A DNA stretch of 64,000 bases from Polyangiaceae bacterium (GCA_035063585.1 JAPSGB010000001.1:120179-184178), one strand, 5' to 3'; positions 38,626 to 50,072 are shown, counted from the first letter of the stretch. Notes: generated from the sequence alone by a model not told the origin. Numbers and translations: made by a program.

Positions 38626-41585
38626 TTCTCGCGCGCCGGCGCGTCGTCGGAGCGCTCCTCGCCGCGCTAGCGGTCCTCTTTGCACCGAGTATCGCGCGCG
38701 GCGGTGACCCGTACCTGCGCTGGTACACGATCGAGACGCCGCACTTTCGCGTCAGCTATCACAGCGGCCTCGAGGCGCCCGCGCAGCGCCTCGCCAATCT
38801 GAGCGAGTCGATCTACGCACGCCTCACGCCGGCGCTCGGCTACGCACCGAGCGCGCGCACCGAGCTCCTGCTCACCGACGACACCGACTCGGCCAACGGC
38901 TCGGCGACCGCCATACCCTACAACGCGGTTCGGCTCTTCGCTACGGCGCCCGACGACATGTCGCCGCTTGGCGACTACGACGACTGGCTCGGCGAGCTCG
39001 TGACCCACGAGTTTACCCACATCCTTCACGCCGACAACATCTCCGGACTCCCGGCTGTCGTAAACGCGATCCTCGGCAAGACGTACGCGCCGAACCAAGC
39101 GCAGCCACGCTGGGTGCTCGAGGGGCTCGCGGTCGCCATGGAGACCGCGCACACCGGCGGCGGGCGGCTCCGCTCGTCACTGTGGGATATGTATCTGCGC
39201 GCCGACGTGCTCGAGGGAAACCTCGCCCGGCTCGACCAGTTCAGCAACAGCGCGCGCCGCTGGCCCGGCGGGAACCTCTGGTACCTCTACGGCTCGGAGT
39301 TCATCGCCTGGATCGAGGACGTCTACGGGCCCGACACCTACTCCGCGGTCGCCACCGATTACGGCGCGAACCTCATCGCGTGGGGTATCAACCGGTCGAT
39401 CCGCCGAGTCACCGGGCGCACCTACGTCGAGCTCTACGAGGGCTTCCGTCAGGAGCTCGCGCGCCGCTATGAAGCTCAGGCGCGCGAGGTGCGCCGGCGT
39501 GGGCTCCGCGAGGGGACCCAGCTCACCCACCGCGGCCGCATCGCGTCGAGCCCGCGCTTCGCGCCCGCGTGCGCGCGGACCGGCGCGCGCGAGGAGCTCT
39601 TCTATCTCCGCGACGACGGCGACACCCCGGGCGGCATTTATCGACTGCCGCTCGATGCGCGCGATCGCGCCGACGAAGCGAGCGCGGAGCTCGTCTCACG
39701 CTCGGTCGGCTCCGTCATCACTTTCGACGGCTGCTCGCTCGTCTTCGACAGCGTCGCACCATCACGCCGGCTCTACTACTTTGGCGATTTGTTCCGACAG
39801 CCGAGCGGCACTATCGCGCCGCGCGGGCTCGACCGCTCACGCGAGCGGCTCACCACCGGCCGGCGCGCCGCCGCCCCCGACGTGAGCCGCGACGGACGCC
39901 GCATCGTCTACACGACCAACCGCGCCGGAACGACCACCCTCCGCATCGCCGAGCTCACCCCGGAGCACCGCATCGTAGGCGAGCGCGCGCTGGTACCGAG
40001 CGCGCGCCATGAGCAGGCCTACACGCCGCGATTCTCGCCCGACGGCCGCCAGGTCGCCTACAGCGCGTGGACGGCGGGCGGCTACCGAGACATCCGCATC
40101 GTCGAGGTCGCGACCGGCCGGTACTACGAGCTTGCCCACGACCGCGCCATCGATCAGCAACCGACCTTCAGCCCCGACGGGCGCACCGTCTACTTCTCTT
40201 CCGATCGCACGGGCATCGCCAACGTGTACGGCTTCGACCTCGAGTCCCGCGAGCTCCGTCAGATCACCAACGTCCTCAACGGCGCATACATGCCGGAGAT
40301 CTCTCCGGATGGTCGCACCCTCACGTACGTCGGCTACACGCACCGCGGCTTCGATCTCTTCAGCCTGCCGCTCGAGCCCGCGCGCTTCCTCGCCGCGGAG
40401 CCTTACCTCGATCGGCGCCCTGCGCTCGACGCCACCCACTCCCACCGACGCTGGCCCGTGCGCGACTATAGCCCGCTCCAGACACTCCGCCCGCGCGCGT
40501 GGGACTACCTCTACGGGCCGGGCACCTTCGGCCCCGCGCTCACCGTCACCACCCGTGGCTCGGACCTCGCCGGGCTCCACGCCTTCAGCGCGTCAATCAC
40601 GGTCGAGGCCGAGCAGGGCGAACCGTCGGCGAGCCTCGCGTACAGCTATCGCCGGTTGCCCTTCGATCTCGACCTCTCGGTGTTTCGTTCGACCGCGCCG
40701 GTGACCAGCTACTTCGTCAACGAGGAGCGCCCGCTCGTCACCGAGCACTACACGGGCCTGAGCTCGGGAATCTCGTATCCGATCCCAGGCGAGTTCGACT
40801 CGCAGGCGGTGTCGCTCGGCTACACCATCGCCAAGCACGACGCGACGCTACCGGTGGGGCCCGGGCTCGATCCGTTCGCGGCGCTTCCGCGTGAACCCGA
40901 CCGCACCTGGGTGGGCGTCGTGCACCTCGGCTACGGCTACTCGAACGCGAGCGGCACCGCGAACGGCATCAGCGCCGAGCGCGGCTTCTCGGTCGCGGTG
41001 GGAACCGACATCGGCGCGCACGAGCTCGGCAGCGAGTCGACGCTCACGGCGCTGAGCGCGCGCGTGGTCGGCTACGTACCACTACCCTGGGCGAATCACC
41101 ACGTGCTCTCGCTCGCCGCCTCCGGCGCGGTGAGCGACGGCACCTACGCGCGCCGCGGCCGCTACTACACCGGGGGCTTCGTCGACACCCCGCCCTTCGA
41201 CGCCTACACGACCACCATCCGCCAGCGGAGCTTCGTGCTGCGCGGATACGCGCCGGTCGCGTTCACCGGCACGCAGTACAGTCTGCTGAACGCCGAGTAC
41301 CGCTTCCCGCTCCTCTACGCGGACCGAGGCGTGAGCACCCTGCCGGTGTTTCTCCGCACGGTGAGCGCGGCCGCCTTCGCCGACTACGGCGGCGCGTTCG
41401 ACACGCTCGATCTCGACGATCCGCTGGCGAGCTACCACCTCGGGGTCGGCGGGGAGCTCTGGTTCGATCTCATCCTCGGCTACTTCGCGGGCGCAAATCT
41501 TCGCCTCGGCTATGCCCACGGCGTCGACGATCCGAAGGCGATTCCCGGGGGGAAGTTCTATTTCATCGCCGCCTCGCCGTTTTGA
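38622..41585 (+). CDS. Omp85-superfamily protein: gluzincin-like domain + PD40 propeller + beta-barrel
   Basis: Signal peptide, HEFTH..WVLEGLA, repeated FSPDGR, LRGY, ADYGG and terminal Phe. Confidence 0.8.
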   Translation: MILARRRVVGALLAALAVLFAPSIARGGDPYLRWYTIETPHFRVSYHSGLEAPAQRLANLSESIYARLTPALGYAPSARTELLLTDDTDSANGSATAIPYNAVRLFATAPDDMSPLGDYDDWLGELVTHEFTHILHADNISGLPAVVNAILGKTYAPNQAQPRWVLEGLAVAMETAHTGGGRLRSSLWDMYLRADVLEGNLARLDQFSNSARRWPGGNLWYLYGSEFIAWIEDVYGPDTYSAVATDYGANLIAWGINRSIRRVTGRTYVELYEGFRQELARRYEAQAREVRRRGLREGTQLTHRGRIASSPRFAPACARTGAREELFYLRDDGDTPGGIYRLPLDARDRADEASAELVSRSVGSVITFDGCSLVFDSVAPSRRLYYFGDLFRQPSGTIAPRGLDRSRERLTTGRRAAAPDVSRDGRRIVYTTNRAGTTTLRIAELTPEHRIVGERALVPSARHEQAYTPRFSPDGRQVAYSAWTAGGYRDIRIVEVATGRYYELAHDRAIDQQPTFSPDGRTVYFSSDRTGIANVYGFDLESRELRQITNVLNGAYMPEISPDGRTLTYVGYTHRGFDLFSLPLEPARFLAAEPYLDRRPALDATHSHRRWPVRDYSPLQTLRPRAWDYLYGPGTFGPALTVTTRGSDLAGLHAFSASITVEAEQGEPSASLAYSYRRLPFDLDLSVFRSTAPVTSYFVNEERPLVTEHYTGLSSGISYPIPGEFDSQAVSLGYTIAKHDATLPVGPGLDPFAALPREPDRTWVGVVHLGYGYSNASGTANGISAERGFSVAVGTDIGAHELGSESTLTALSARVVGYVPLPWANHHVLSLAASGAVSDGTYARRGRYYTGGFVDTPPFDAYTTTIRQRSFVLRGYAPVAFTGTQYSLLNAEYRFPLLYADRGVSTLPVFLRTVSAAAFADYGGAFDTLDLDDPLASYHLGVGGELWFDLILGYFAGANLRLGYAHGVDDPKAIPGGKFYFIAASPF

Positions 41586-41694
41586 GACCCGTCTCCTCGT
41601 CCGACGCGTCTCGGGGGCGTCGCTCTGAGCGCTCGGGCTCGGCGCCGCTCGCGGTGAGCGGGCCTCGCGGCCATCGCGCCGCGGCCGGCTCGAC

Positions 41695-43068
<1,374 letters not shown>

Positions 43069-45078
43069 TCAGGGGGCGCGGACCACCGATTCCCACGCGC
43101 GGGCCTCGATGAAGACGCGCAGGAGCTCGGCGTCGACGTGCTCGTCTCTGGCTTCGAAGCCGAGGATGTCGAGCGCGCGCTCGACGGGCACCGCGCGCTT
43201 GTACGGGCGATCGCTCGCGGTGAGCGCATCGAAGATATCGCTGATGGTCATCATCTTCGACTGAAGGGGGATCTCCTCGGCGCGGAGCCGGTTCGGGTAA
43301 CCGGTGCCGTTCAGGCGCTCGTGGTGCGCGCCGGCGATCACCGCCACTCGCGCGAAGGTCTTTCCCCAGGGGATCTTGGAGAGAAATCGGTAGGTGTGCG
43401 AGACGTGACTGCGGATCTCCGCGATCTCCTGCTCGGTGAGCGAGCCGCGCATGACGCTCAGAGATTTCACCTCATCGCTGGTGAGGAGCGTGGCAGGCTC
43501 GCCACTGCGGGTGGGATAGTCGACGCGCCCGAGCTCCTCGATGCGCTGGAAATCGCCGGCGGCGAGCACGGTCGGCTCGTTCGCGCTCTCGATCACGCGC
43601 CAGGCCTCGTCGAGCTCGGCGAGCCGCACCGCGAGCTCCTGGTCGAGCTCCGCGAGCGAGCCGGACCCAGCGCCGCGCTCGATGGCGTCGAGCTTGCGCT
43701 TCAAGATGCCGACCTCGACGCCCCGCGCGACGAAGTCGAAGCGATGGCGGATGGAGTCGAGATCGTGCGGGAAGAGCTTCTTCGCCTTGACGAGCACGTT
43801 CTCGCGCACGCCAATCTTGCCAAAATCGTGGAGGAGGGAGGCGTACTCGATTTCGCGGAGCTCCTCGCGCTTCCACTTCACGTCCTTGTAGGGGCCGGCG
43901 TCCTGGCGGTCGACCGCCCGAGCCAGTCCGACGGTGAGCTCGGCCACCCGGCGCGAATGTCCGCTGGTGGTCGGATCGCGCGCCTCGATGGCCTCCACGC
44001 TCGCCTTCACGAAGCCCTCGAAGATGGTGCGGATCTCCTCGTAGAGGATGGCGTTCTCGAGGGCGATGCCGGCCTGCGCCGCGAGCGTCTCGAGTAGCTC
44101 CGCGCTCCGCTCGTCGAAGGGGATGACCTGCCGCTCGAAGTCCTCCGCGACGAGCAGCTTGCGGGAGAAATCCTGCTTCTTGTTCAGGAGCTGCAGCACC
44201 CCGATGACCTCGCCCTGGCTCGACACCAGCGGCGTGCAGACCATGCTCCGAGTGCGGTAGCCGACCTTCTCGTCGAACGAGCGATCGAAGCCGAAGGGTG
44301 CGCCGGGCGGCATCTCATAGGCGTCGTCGATGCGGAGCGTCTGCTTCTCGATGGCGACGTAGCCCGCCATGCTGCGCGGGCTGATGGGCATGGTGAACTC
44401 GCGCGAGTCGAACGAGACGGAGTCGTTCTGGCTCAGCTTGAAGCGGAGCCGTCTGCGCGTGAGCTCGGGCTCCGCGCCCTCGACGACATAGACGCTCCCG
44501 GCGTCCGCCGAGGTGACCAGCCGGCTCTTCTCGAGGATGAGGCCGAGGAGCTTGTCGATCTCTCGTTCGGTGGTGAGCGCGCGCGCGATCTCGATGAGCT
44601 CGCCGAGCTCGTAGCGGTAGCGGTTCAGCCACTTCCCGCGGCTCTCGCTCCGCGTCTTCAACTCGATGATCTCGAAGGCCTGCTGCAAGCTGACGAAGAG
44701 CTCCTCCGGGGCGGGTTCGGCCGGGAGCAGCGCGCCGACGCCCCGCTCGATGGCCTGCGCGAGGTCCGGATCGCTCGGGCGACCGAGCAGGACGAGCCGC
44801 GCCTCGGCCGAGGCGAGCTGGTCGGCGTAGGGCCTGAGGAGCTCTCGCCCGCCGTCCCACACCGCCGCGCTCGCGATCAGCACGAACGCCTCGCCGCTCC
44901 GCACCATGACCAGGAGCGGATGCGGGCGCGCCACCACGAAGGCGCTGAAGCGCGCGTCCCTGGCGAGCGACTCGGCGACCCGATCGAGCGCCCTCATCGT
45001 GCTCTCCGCGCGCGGGCTCGGCACGCGCGGCTCGCTGTCGGCGTCGATGTCGTTCATGGTCCCCTCCCGCTCGGTCAT
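43069..45078 (-). CDS. GAF + HD-GYP phosphodiesterase with receiver-like N-terminus
   Basis: GAF (LLNKK..F..D), GHSRRV, HDFGKIG, HHERLNGTGYP and DRPYK. Confidence 0.88.
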   Translation of the reverse strand: MTEREGTMNDIDADSEPRVPSPRAESTMRALDRVAESLARDARFSAFVVARPHPLLVMVRSGEAFVLIASAAVWDGGRELLRPYADQLASAEARLVLLGRPSDPDLAQAIERGVGALLPAEPAPEELFVSLQQAFEIIELKTRSESRGKWLNRYRYELGELIEIARALTTEREIDKLLGLILEKSRLVTSADAGSVYVVEGAEPELTRRRLRFKLSQNDSVSFDSREFTMPISPRSMAGYVAIEKQTLRIDDAYEMPPGAPFGFDRSFDEKVGYRTRSMVCTPLVSSQGEVIGVLQLLNKKQDFSRKLLVAEDFERQVIPFDERSAELLETLAAQAGIALENAILYEEIRTIFEGFVKASVEAIEARDPTTSGHSRRVAELTVGLARAVDRQDAGPYKDVKWKREELREIEYASLLHDFGKIGVRENVLVKAKKLFPHDLDSIRHRFDFVARGVEVGILKRKLDAIERGAGSGSLAELDQELAVRLAELDEAWRVIESANEPTVLAAGDFQRIEELGRVDYPTRSGEPATLLTSDEVKSLSVMRGSLTEQEIAEIRSHVSHTYRFLSKIPWGKTFARVAVIAGAHHERLNGTGYPNRLRAEEIPLQSKMMTISDIFDALTASDRPYKRAVPVERALDILGFEARDEHVDAELLRVFIEARAWESVVRAP

Positions 45079-46220
45079 GGATCTCGCGGCGCGTCACCGG
45101 CCGGATCGCCGAGCGCGCCGTCGGTCGCGAGGTCACCCTCATCGCCCGAGCTCGGCGGCTCGAGCGGCGGTTCCTCGCGGGCTCGGGTGACCGCGGCGCG
45201 CGCGGCCTGCTTCATGGCCCAACTCGCACGGTCGCGCTCGGCGCGCTCGCGCGCGCGCTCGGCGTCGCGGCGCTCGTAGGCCACGATGATCTTCTGCACC
45301 AGCGGGTGCCGCACGACGTCCGCCTCGTCGAAGCTCGCGAACCCGATGCCGTCGATGCCGTCGAGCAGGGTGCGCGCCTCGCGCAGCCCGCTCCTCGCGC
45401 CCGAGGGGAGATCGGTCTGGGTCACGTCCCCGGTCACGACCGCGCGCGAGCCGAAGCCGAGCCGGGTGAGGAACATCCGCATCTGCTCGCTGGTGGCGTT
45501 CTGCGCCTCGTCGAGGATCACGAAGGACTCGTTGAGCGTGCGCCCGCGCATGAAGGCGAGCGGAGCGACCTCGATTTGCCCGCGCTCGCGCATCGCCTCG
45601 ACGCGCTCGAAATCGATCATGTCGTGCAGGGCGTCGTAGAGCGGGCGAAGGTATGGGTTCACCTTGTCCGCGAGGTCACCCGGCAAGAACCCGAGCTTCT
45701 CGCCAGCCTCGACGGCGGGCCGGGTCAAGATGATGCGCTTTACCTCCTTGCCGAGGAGCGCGCTCACCGCCACGGCCATCGCGAGGTACGTCTTCCCGGT
45801 GCCGGCGGGCCCGATCGCGAAGGTGAGATCGTGGGTGCGGATGGTCTCGATGTAGCGGCGCTGGGCGGGCCCTTTGGCCACCACCGGCTTGCGGTGCGCG
45901 GCCACCACGATGACCTGGTCGAGCAGGTCGGTGAGCGACGACGACGGATCGTTCTCGAGCGAGCGCATCGAGCGGGCGATGTCGTTCGCCGCCAGCGGAT
46001 AGCCGCGGCCCACCAGCTCGGCGGCGTCGGACATGAAGCGGCGCGCGACCCGCACGGCGCGCTCGTCCCCCGAGAAGTGAAGGACGTTCCCGCGAAGGCT
46101 TACCTCGGCGCCGCTCGCCCGTGCCACCTCTCCGAGCAGGCTCGCGCGTGGGCCGGACAATGCGAGCAGGATCGACGTGTCCGCGATCTCGAGATGGGCG
46201 CTGAACGGCGCTTCGCTCAT
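45075..46220 (-). CDS. phoH: PhoH-like ATPase (YbeZ type)
   Basis: GPAGTGKT, RPAVEAGE, PLAFMRGRT, DEAQN and DVVRHPLV; ATG at 46220. Confidence 0.93.
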   Translation of the reverse strand: MSEAPFSAHLEIADTSILLALSGPRASLLGEVARASGAEVSLRGNVLHFSGDERAVRVARRFMSDAAELVGRGYPLAANDIARSMRSLENDPSSSLTDLLDQVIVVAAHRKPVVAKGPAQRRYIETIRTHDLTFAIGPAGTGKTYLAMAVAVSALLGKEVKRIILTRPAVEAGEKLGFLPGDLADKVNPYLRPLYDALHDMIDFERVEAMRERGQIEVAPLAFMRGRTLNESFVILDEAQNATSEQMRMFLTRLGFGSRAVVTGDVTQTDLPSGARSGLREARTLLDGIDGIGFASFDEADVVRHPLVQKIIVAYERRDAERARERAERDRASWAMKQAARAAVTRAREEPPLEPPSSGDEGDLATDGALGDPAGDAPRDP

Positions 46221-46357
46221 TCGGGGGAGGTCTTCTCGTGCCGCGGAGGCGGGCCACGCCGCCGCGCCTCGAAGATACCGCGCCGCGGGCCACGAGCCCA
46301 GCCGTACCGGAACGCCCCGCGCGACGGGCACGGAGCCGGCGCTCCTCCAGCGCCGAT

Positions 46358-46411
46358 TCGGTTCGGCGCGCGGGGAGACACCCGGACCGCGCCGATTCCG
46401 CGCCGAACCGA
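46358..46411. repeat. 13-bp inverted repeat in the phoH/porin divergent region (degenerate REP-like pair)
   Basis: TCGGTTCGGCGCG ... CGCGCCGAACCGA. Confidence 0.5.
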
Positions 46412-46469
46412 CCTCCCCCGTAAGCGGCTGATTGACGCGCCCGGCCGGTGCGGGAAACCCTCGGGCGCG

Positions 46470-48008
46470 ATGCGTCTCCGCTCCCTCACGCGCTCGAGCC
46501 ACTCCCTCTCGCTCTTCGCTCTGGCGGTCACGCTCGCCGGCAGCGCGCTCGGGGAGGAGCCGTCGCGCGAGAACGCCGCGCTCGCGCGCGACGGGCTCCC
46601 GCTCGCCGGGTACCGGGGCGGGAAATTCTTCCTCCGCGATCGCAGCGACAACTTCCGGCTCTATCCGAGCGGGCTCCTCTTGCTCGACGCTGACGCCTGG
46701 GCCGGCGCGGGCGTCTCGCGACTCTCGGGCTCGCGGCTCCAGCCGCAGCTCTTCGTGCGCTCCGCGCGGCTCGGTGTCGCCGGGCAGGTGCTCGACGACA
46801 TCGGCTTCTCGCTCGTCCTCGCCGCCGACGGACAGCCGCTCGTCAATTCGAGCGGCGACCGCGAAGAGCAGCGCGCCGCCGAGCCCGGTCAGGCACCGAC
46901 CGCCGAGAGCGCGCGCTACGCGAGCGCGCAGACCCCGGGCAATTCGGCCGGCATCCTCGACGCCTGGCTGAACTACCGCGCGGCGCGCGAGCTCAACCTG
47001 CTCGTCGGCCAGCAACAGGCGCCCCTCACCATGCAGAACACGACGCCGTCGGCCATGCTCCCGATGCACGAGCTGCCGCTCGCGGTCGCGCTCGGCATGC
47101 CCGGCTCGCGCGATCTCGGCGCGACGCTCTGGGGCGACGTCGCGTCCGCGAACCTCACCTATTACGTCGGCGTGTTCGAAGGCGACGGGCGGAACCGCCC
47201 CGGCGTCGACGCGCGGGGCGACGTGATGGCGCGCGTCACCTGGAAGCCGCTCGGCTCGAGCGAGGGCGAGCTCCGCGACCTTCGCCTGGGCGCGAGCGGG
47301 CGCTTCGGCTCGCGCGACGGCGCGCGCGTGAACTACGACGCCCCCAGGCTCACGACGCAGCAAGGCTTTGCGTTCTGGGAGCCCGTCTACCGGGACTCCC
47401 TCGACCGCTTCGTCCATGTGCTCCCCGCCGACGCGCAGCGCACCCTCGCATTCGAGCTGTGGGTGCCGTGGCGCTCGTTCGACCTGCAGGCGGAGCTCGT
47501 GCTCGTGAACAACCAGACGCGCGAGGCGGTCGAGGGGTTCCAGGCGACCAACACCGAGCGCATCGGGAGGCAGCGCGGCGCGGCCGGGTACCTCGAGCTC
47601 GGCTATACGATTATCGGCCGACCGCGCCTCACCGGCGAGCCCGGCCGGGGGACCCGCCCGAGCTCGGTCGAGCTCTCGAGGCCCGCGCCGCTCCTCCCCG
47701 AGCAGTCGGTGGAAGTGGTCGCCCGAGTCGAGGCGCTCCAGGTGCGCTACTCCGGCGCCGCGCGCGGCGGCGACGCCGAGCCGGAGGGCGGCCTCGACGG
47801 CAAGGTCGAGGTCTGGTCGTACGGGCTCGGCGCGAACTACTGGGCGACGCGCCACGCGCGCCTGAGCTTCAACTACGTCGCGTATGATTTCCCCGGCGTG
47901 GCGAGCGGCGAGAACCGGGCCATCACGCCCGGAAAGCTCGCCGCCCCGCCGGCCGAGGGCGCGCGCTGGCTCCACGAGCTCGGCGTCCGCTTCGGGGTGA
48001 TGTTCTGA
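46470..48008 (+). CDS. OprO/OprP-like porin
   Basis: Signal peptide, RSARLGVAG, ILDAWLNY, SRDLG, LGANYW and terminal Phe. Confidence 0.72.
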   Translation: MRLRSLTRSSHSLSLFALAVTLAGSALGEEPSRENAALARDGLPLAGYRGGKFFLRDRSDNFRLYPSGLLLLDADAWAGAGVSRLSGSRLQPQLFVRSARLGVAGQVLDDIGFSLVLAADGQPLVNSSGDREEQRAAEPGQAPTAESARYASAQTPGNSAGILDAWLNYRAARELNLLVGQQQAPLTMQNTTPSAMLPMHELPLAVALGMPGSRDLGATLWGDVASANLTYYVGVFEGDGRNRPGVDARGDVMARVTWKPLGSSEGELRDLRLGASGRFGSRDGARVNYDAPRLTTQQGFAFWEPVYRDSLDRFVHVLPADAQRTLAFELWVPWRSFDLQAELVLVNNQTREAVEGFQATNTERIGRQRGAAGYLELGYTIIGRPRLTGEPGRGTRPSSVELSRPAPLLPEQSVEVVARVEALQVRYSGAARGGDAEPEGGLDGKVEVWSYGLGANYWATRHARLSFNYVAYDFPGVASGENRAITPGKLAAPPAEGARWLHELGVRFGVMF

Positions 48009-48032
48009 GGACGGCGGCGTCCGGATGCGCCG

Positions 48033-48060
48033 TTGACCCGGGGGGCGACGCGCGTATCAT
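48033..48060 (+). promoter_or_regulatory. Sigma70-like promoter
   Basis: TTGACC-N16-TATCAT. Confidence 0.55.
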
Positions 48061-48105
48061 GGGTGGCTAGGCGTAGAAGAGGGGCCGCGGTCGCGGGGGA
48101 CACAG

Positions 48106-48140
48106 CCGCCGCTCGGGTCACACCGGGCGGCGGTTCTTTA
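48106..48140 (+). terminator. Intrinsic terminator-like hairpin
   Basis: CCGCCGCTCGG-GTCACA-CCGGGCGGCGG followed by TTCTTTA. Confidence 0.6.
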
Positions 48141-48144
48141 TGAG

Positions 48145-48651
48145 GGTGCCGGTCCGGCGCGGCCGGCGGCGCGCGCTGGCCGGGAGTCGAGCGAAGCTCG
48201 AGGAGGCGCCGCTTTCTGCTTGACGGAGAAATCGCCGGGGAGGATGGATCGGCCGCATGAAGAGGGTGATCTTGGGGTTGGCGCTCGTGTGTCTGCTACT
48301 CCCGGCTTGCAACAAGAAGAAGAAGGCGAGGGCCGCCCTCGCGACGCTCTGCGTGGAGTCGGGAGAGCGGCTGAGCAAGGGTGACGGCGACACCGACCAC
48401 TTCATGCTGGAGCTGCAGAACGCGCTCACCGCGTGCAGCGCGGCGTGTGATCTGGAAGACGAGGGCTCGTGCGCCGCGCTCGAGCAGCACGTCACCAAGA
48501 TCTGCGGGGTCAGCACGACGACCTGCGACAGCCTGTGCTCGAGCGTGAAGTCGCCGAGCCTGAAGAAGTCGACCTGCGCGCACTCCTCGTCGCCGAAGTG
48601 AGCGCGCCCGCGCGCTGACGTCCGCGCCGCCGGCCGCGCCGGACCGGCACC
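48145..48651. repeat. Perfect 29-bp inverted REP-like repeats flanking a gene
   Basis: 48145-48173 is the exact reverse complement of 48623-48651. Confidence 0.85.
48257..48601 (+). CDS. Small Cys-rich lipoprotein
   Basis: Lipobox LPAC plus 8 further Cys in the mature part. Confidence 0.75.
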   Translation: MKRVILGLALVCLLLPACNKKKKARAALATLCVESGERLSKGDGDTDHFMLELQNALTACSAACDLEDEGSCAALEQHVTKICGVSTTTCDSLCSSVKSPSLKKSTCAHSSSPK

Positions 48652-48720
48652 GAGGAGCACCCCCGGCGGCTCGCGGCTTTCTTGGCCGAATCCCCGCGGG
48701 GCCGGTAACCCCCGGGGGCG

Positions 48721-49956
48721 ATGCGACGGTGGAGCAGGTGGATGGGCGTGGGTGCCGCCGCGGGCATCATGATGGCGCTCGTGCCGGTGGTGCGCGGCAA
48801 CATCAAGCTCGAGAACCCGCTCGCCCGGCTCGAGAAGGCGCGCGCGCCGGTGAGCGCCGCGCCCGATCTCGACGGCCTCGACCTGTTGCGGCTCGAGCTC
48901 CGACCGGAGCGGGTCACGACGCCGCTCCCGGACGGTCGCGAAGCGGTGCTCACCCTCGATCCGGACGTGCAGCGGGCGGCCCAGTCGACCATGCGGAAGT
49001 ACCGCATCCCCGAGGCCGGCGTGGTCCTCATGGACGTGAAGACCGGCCGGCTCCTCGCCTACGCGAGCTACGTCAACGAGGGCGAAAAGTTCGACGTGAA
49101 CGTGCGCGCCGAGCCACCGGCGGCGAGCGTCTTCAAGGTGGTGACGGCGGCCGCGCTGGTCGAGCGCGCGGGGCTCACCGCGAGTACCGAGCAGTGCTAC
49201 CACGGCGGCCGGAGCCGGATCCTCGCCGACGAGCTCAAAGACGACCCGCAGCGCGACAAGTGGTGCGCGACGCTCGGCATGGCGGTCGGGCGAAGCCTCA
49301 ACGTCGTCATCGCGCGCCTCGCGCAGAAGCACCTCACGCCCGAGGACGAGACGGCCATGGGCGGCGCGTTCGGCTTCGGCGCACCGGTGCCGTTCGTGGT
49401 CCCGAATGAGGCGCCGCGCATCGACATCCCGGACGATCCGCTGGAATTCGCGCGGAGCGCGGCCGGCTTCTGGCACACGAGCCTGTCGCCGCTCGCGGCG
49501 GTGGTCCTCGCGCAGACGGTCGCGAACCGCGGGATCGCGCTCGAGCCGCGCATCGTCGCCTCGGTGTTCAAGGGCAAGGACCAGCTCTGGCAGGACGACG
49601 CGGGGCCGCGCGTGCTCCGGCGCGTCATCAAGCCCGAGACGGCCGACGAGGTCTCGCGCATGATGGGAGAGACCGTCCAGAACGGCTCGGCCTTCAAGAG
49701 CTTCCACGATCGGAGCGGCCGCCCCTACCTCCCCGGCGTGAAGGTGGCTGGCAAGACGGGCACGCTGAACCGCGAGAAGGCGAACCGCATGTACACGTGG
49801 TTCGTGGGGTTTGCCCCGGCGGAGCAGCCCGAGGTCGCGGTCGCGGCGCTCGCAGTGAACACGCCGACCTGGCGCATCAAGGGCCCCGATCTCGCGCGCG
49901 AGGTGCTGCGCGCCTACTTCGTGAAGAAGGGGATCCGCGGGCCCGACGCGCCGTAA
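48721..49956 (+). CDS. Penicillin-binding transpeptidase-domain protein
   Basis: SVFK, SLN and KTGT motifs; N-terminal hydrophobic anchor. Confidence 0.9.
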   Translation: MRRWSRWMGVGAAAGIMMALVPVVRGNIKLENPLARLEKARAPVSAAPDLDGLDLLRLELRPERVTTPLPDGREAVLTLDPDVQRAAQSTMRKYRIPEAGVVLMDVKTGRLLAYASYVNEGEKFDVNVRAEPPAASVFKVVTAAALVERAGLTASTEQCYHGGRSRILADELKDDPQRDKWCATLGMAVGRSLNVVIARLAQKHLTPEDETAMGGAFGFGAPVPFVVPNEAPRIDIPDDPLEFARSAAGFWHTSLSPLAAVVLAQTVANRGIALEPRIVASVFKGKDQLWQDDAGPRVLRRVIKPETADEVSRMMGETVQNGSAFKSFHDRSGRPYLPGVKVAGKTGTLNREKANRMYTWFVGFAPAEQPEVAVAALAVNTPTWRIKGPDLAREVLRAYFVKKGIRGPDAP

Positions 49957-50072
49957 CACGCGACAGCGATGTCAGGCTCGGCCACGCGGGCTCCGGTCGA
50001 GCATCACACAATCACGAGCGTCTCCGGCTGGCGCGCAGCTTGCAACGGCGCGTAGCGTCTACGGGAAGCCGC

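Noticed and set aside
45075..47975. 966-aa minus-strand ORF and other long alternative-frame ORFs (e.g. 20196-22463, 31947-34061, 41881-44097, 48118-49959)
   Set aside because: These are Arg/Ala/Gly-rich shadow frames of real genes, expected at this GC content; only the PhoH part (45075-46220) of the first is credible.
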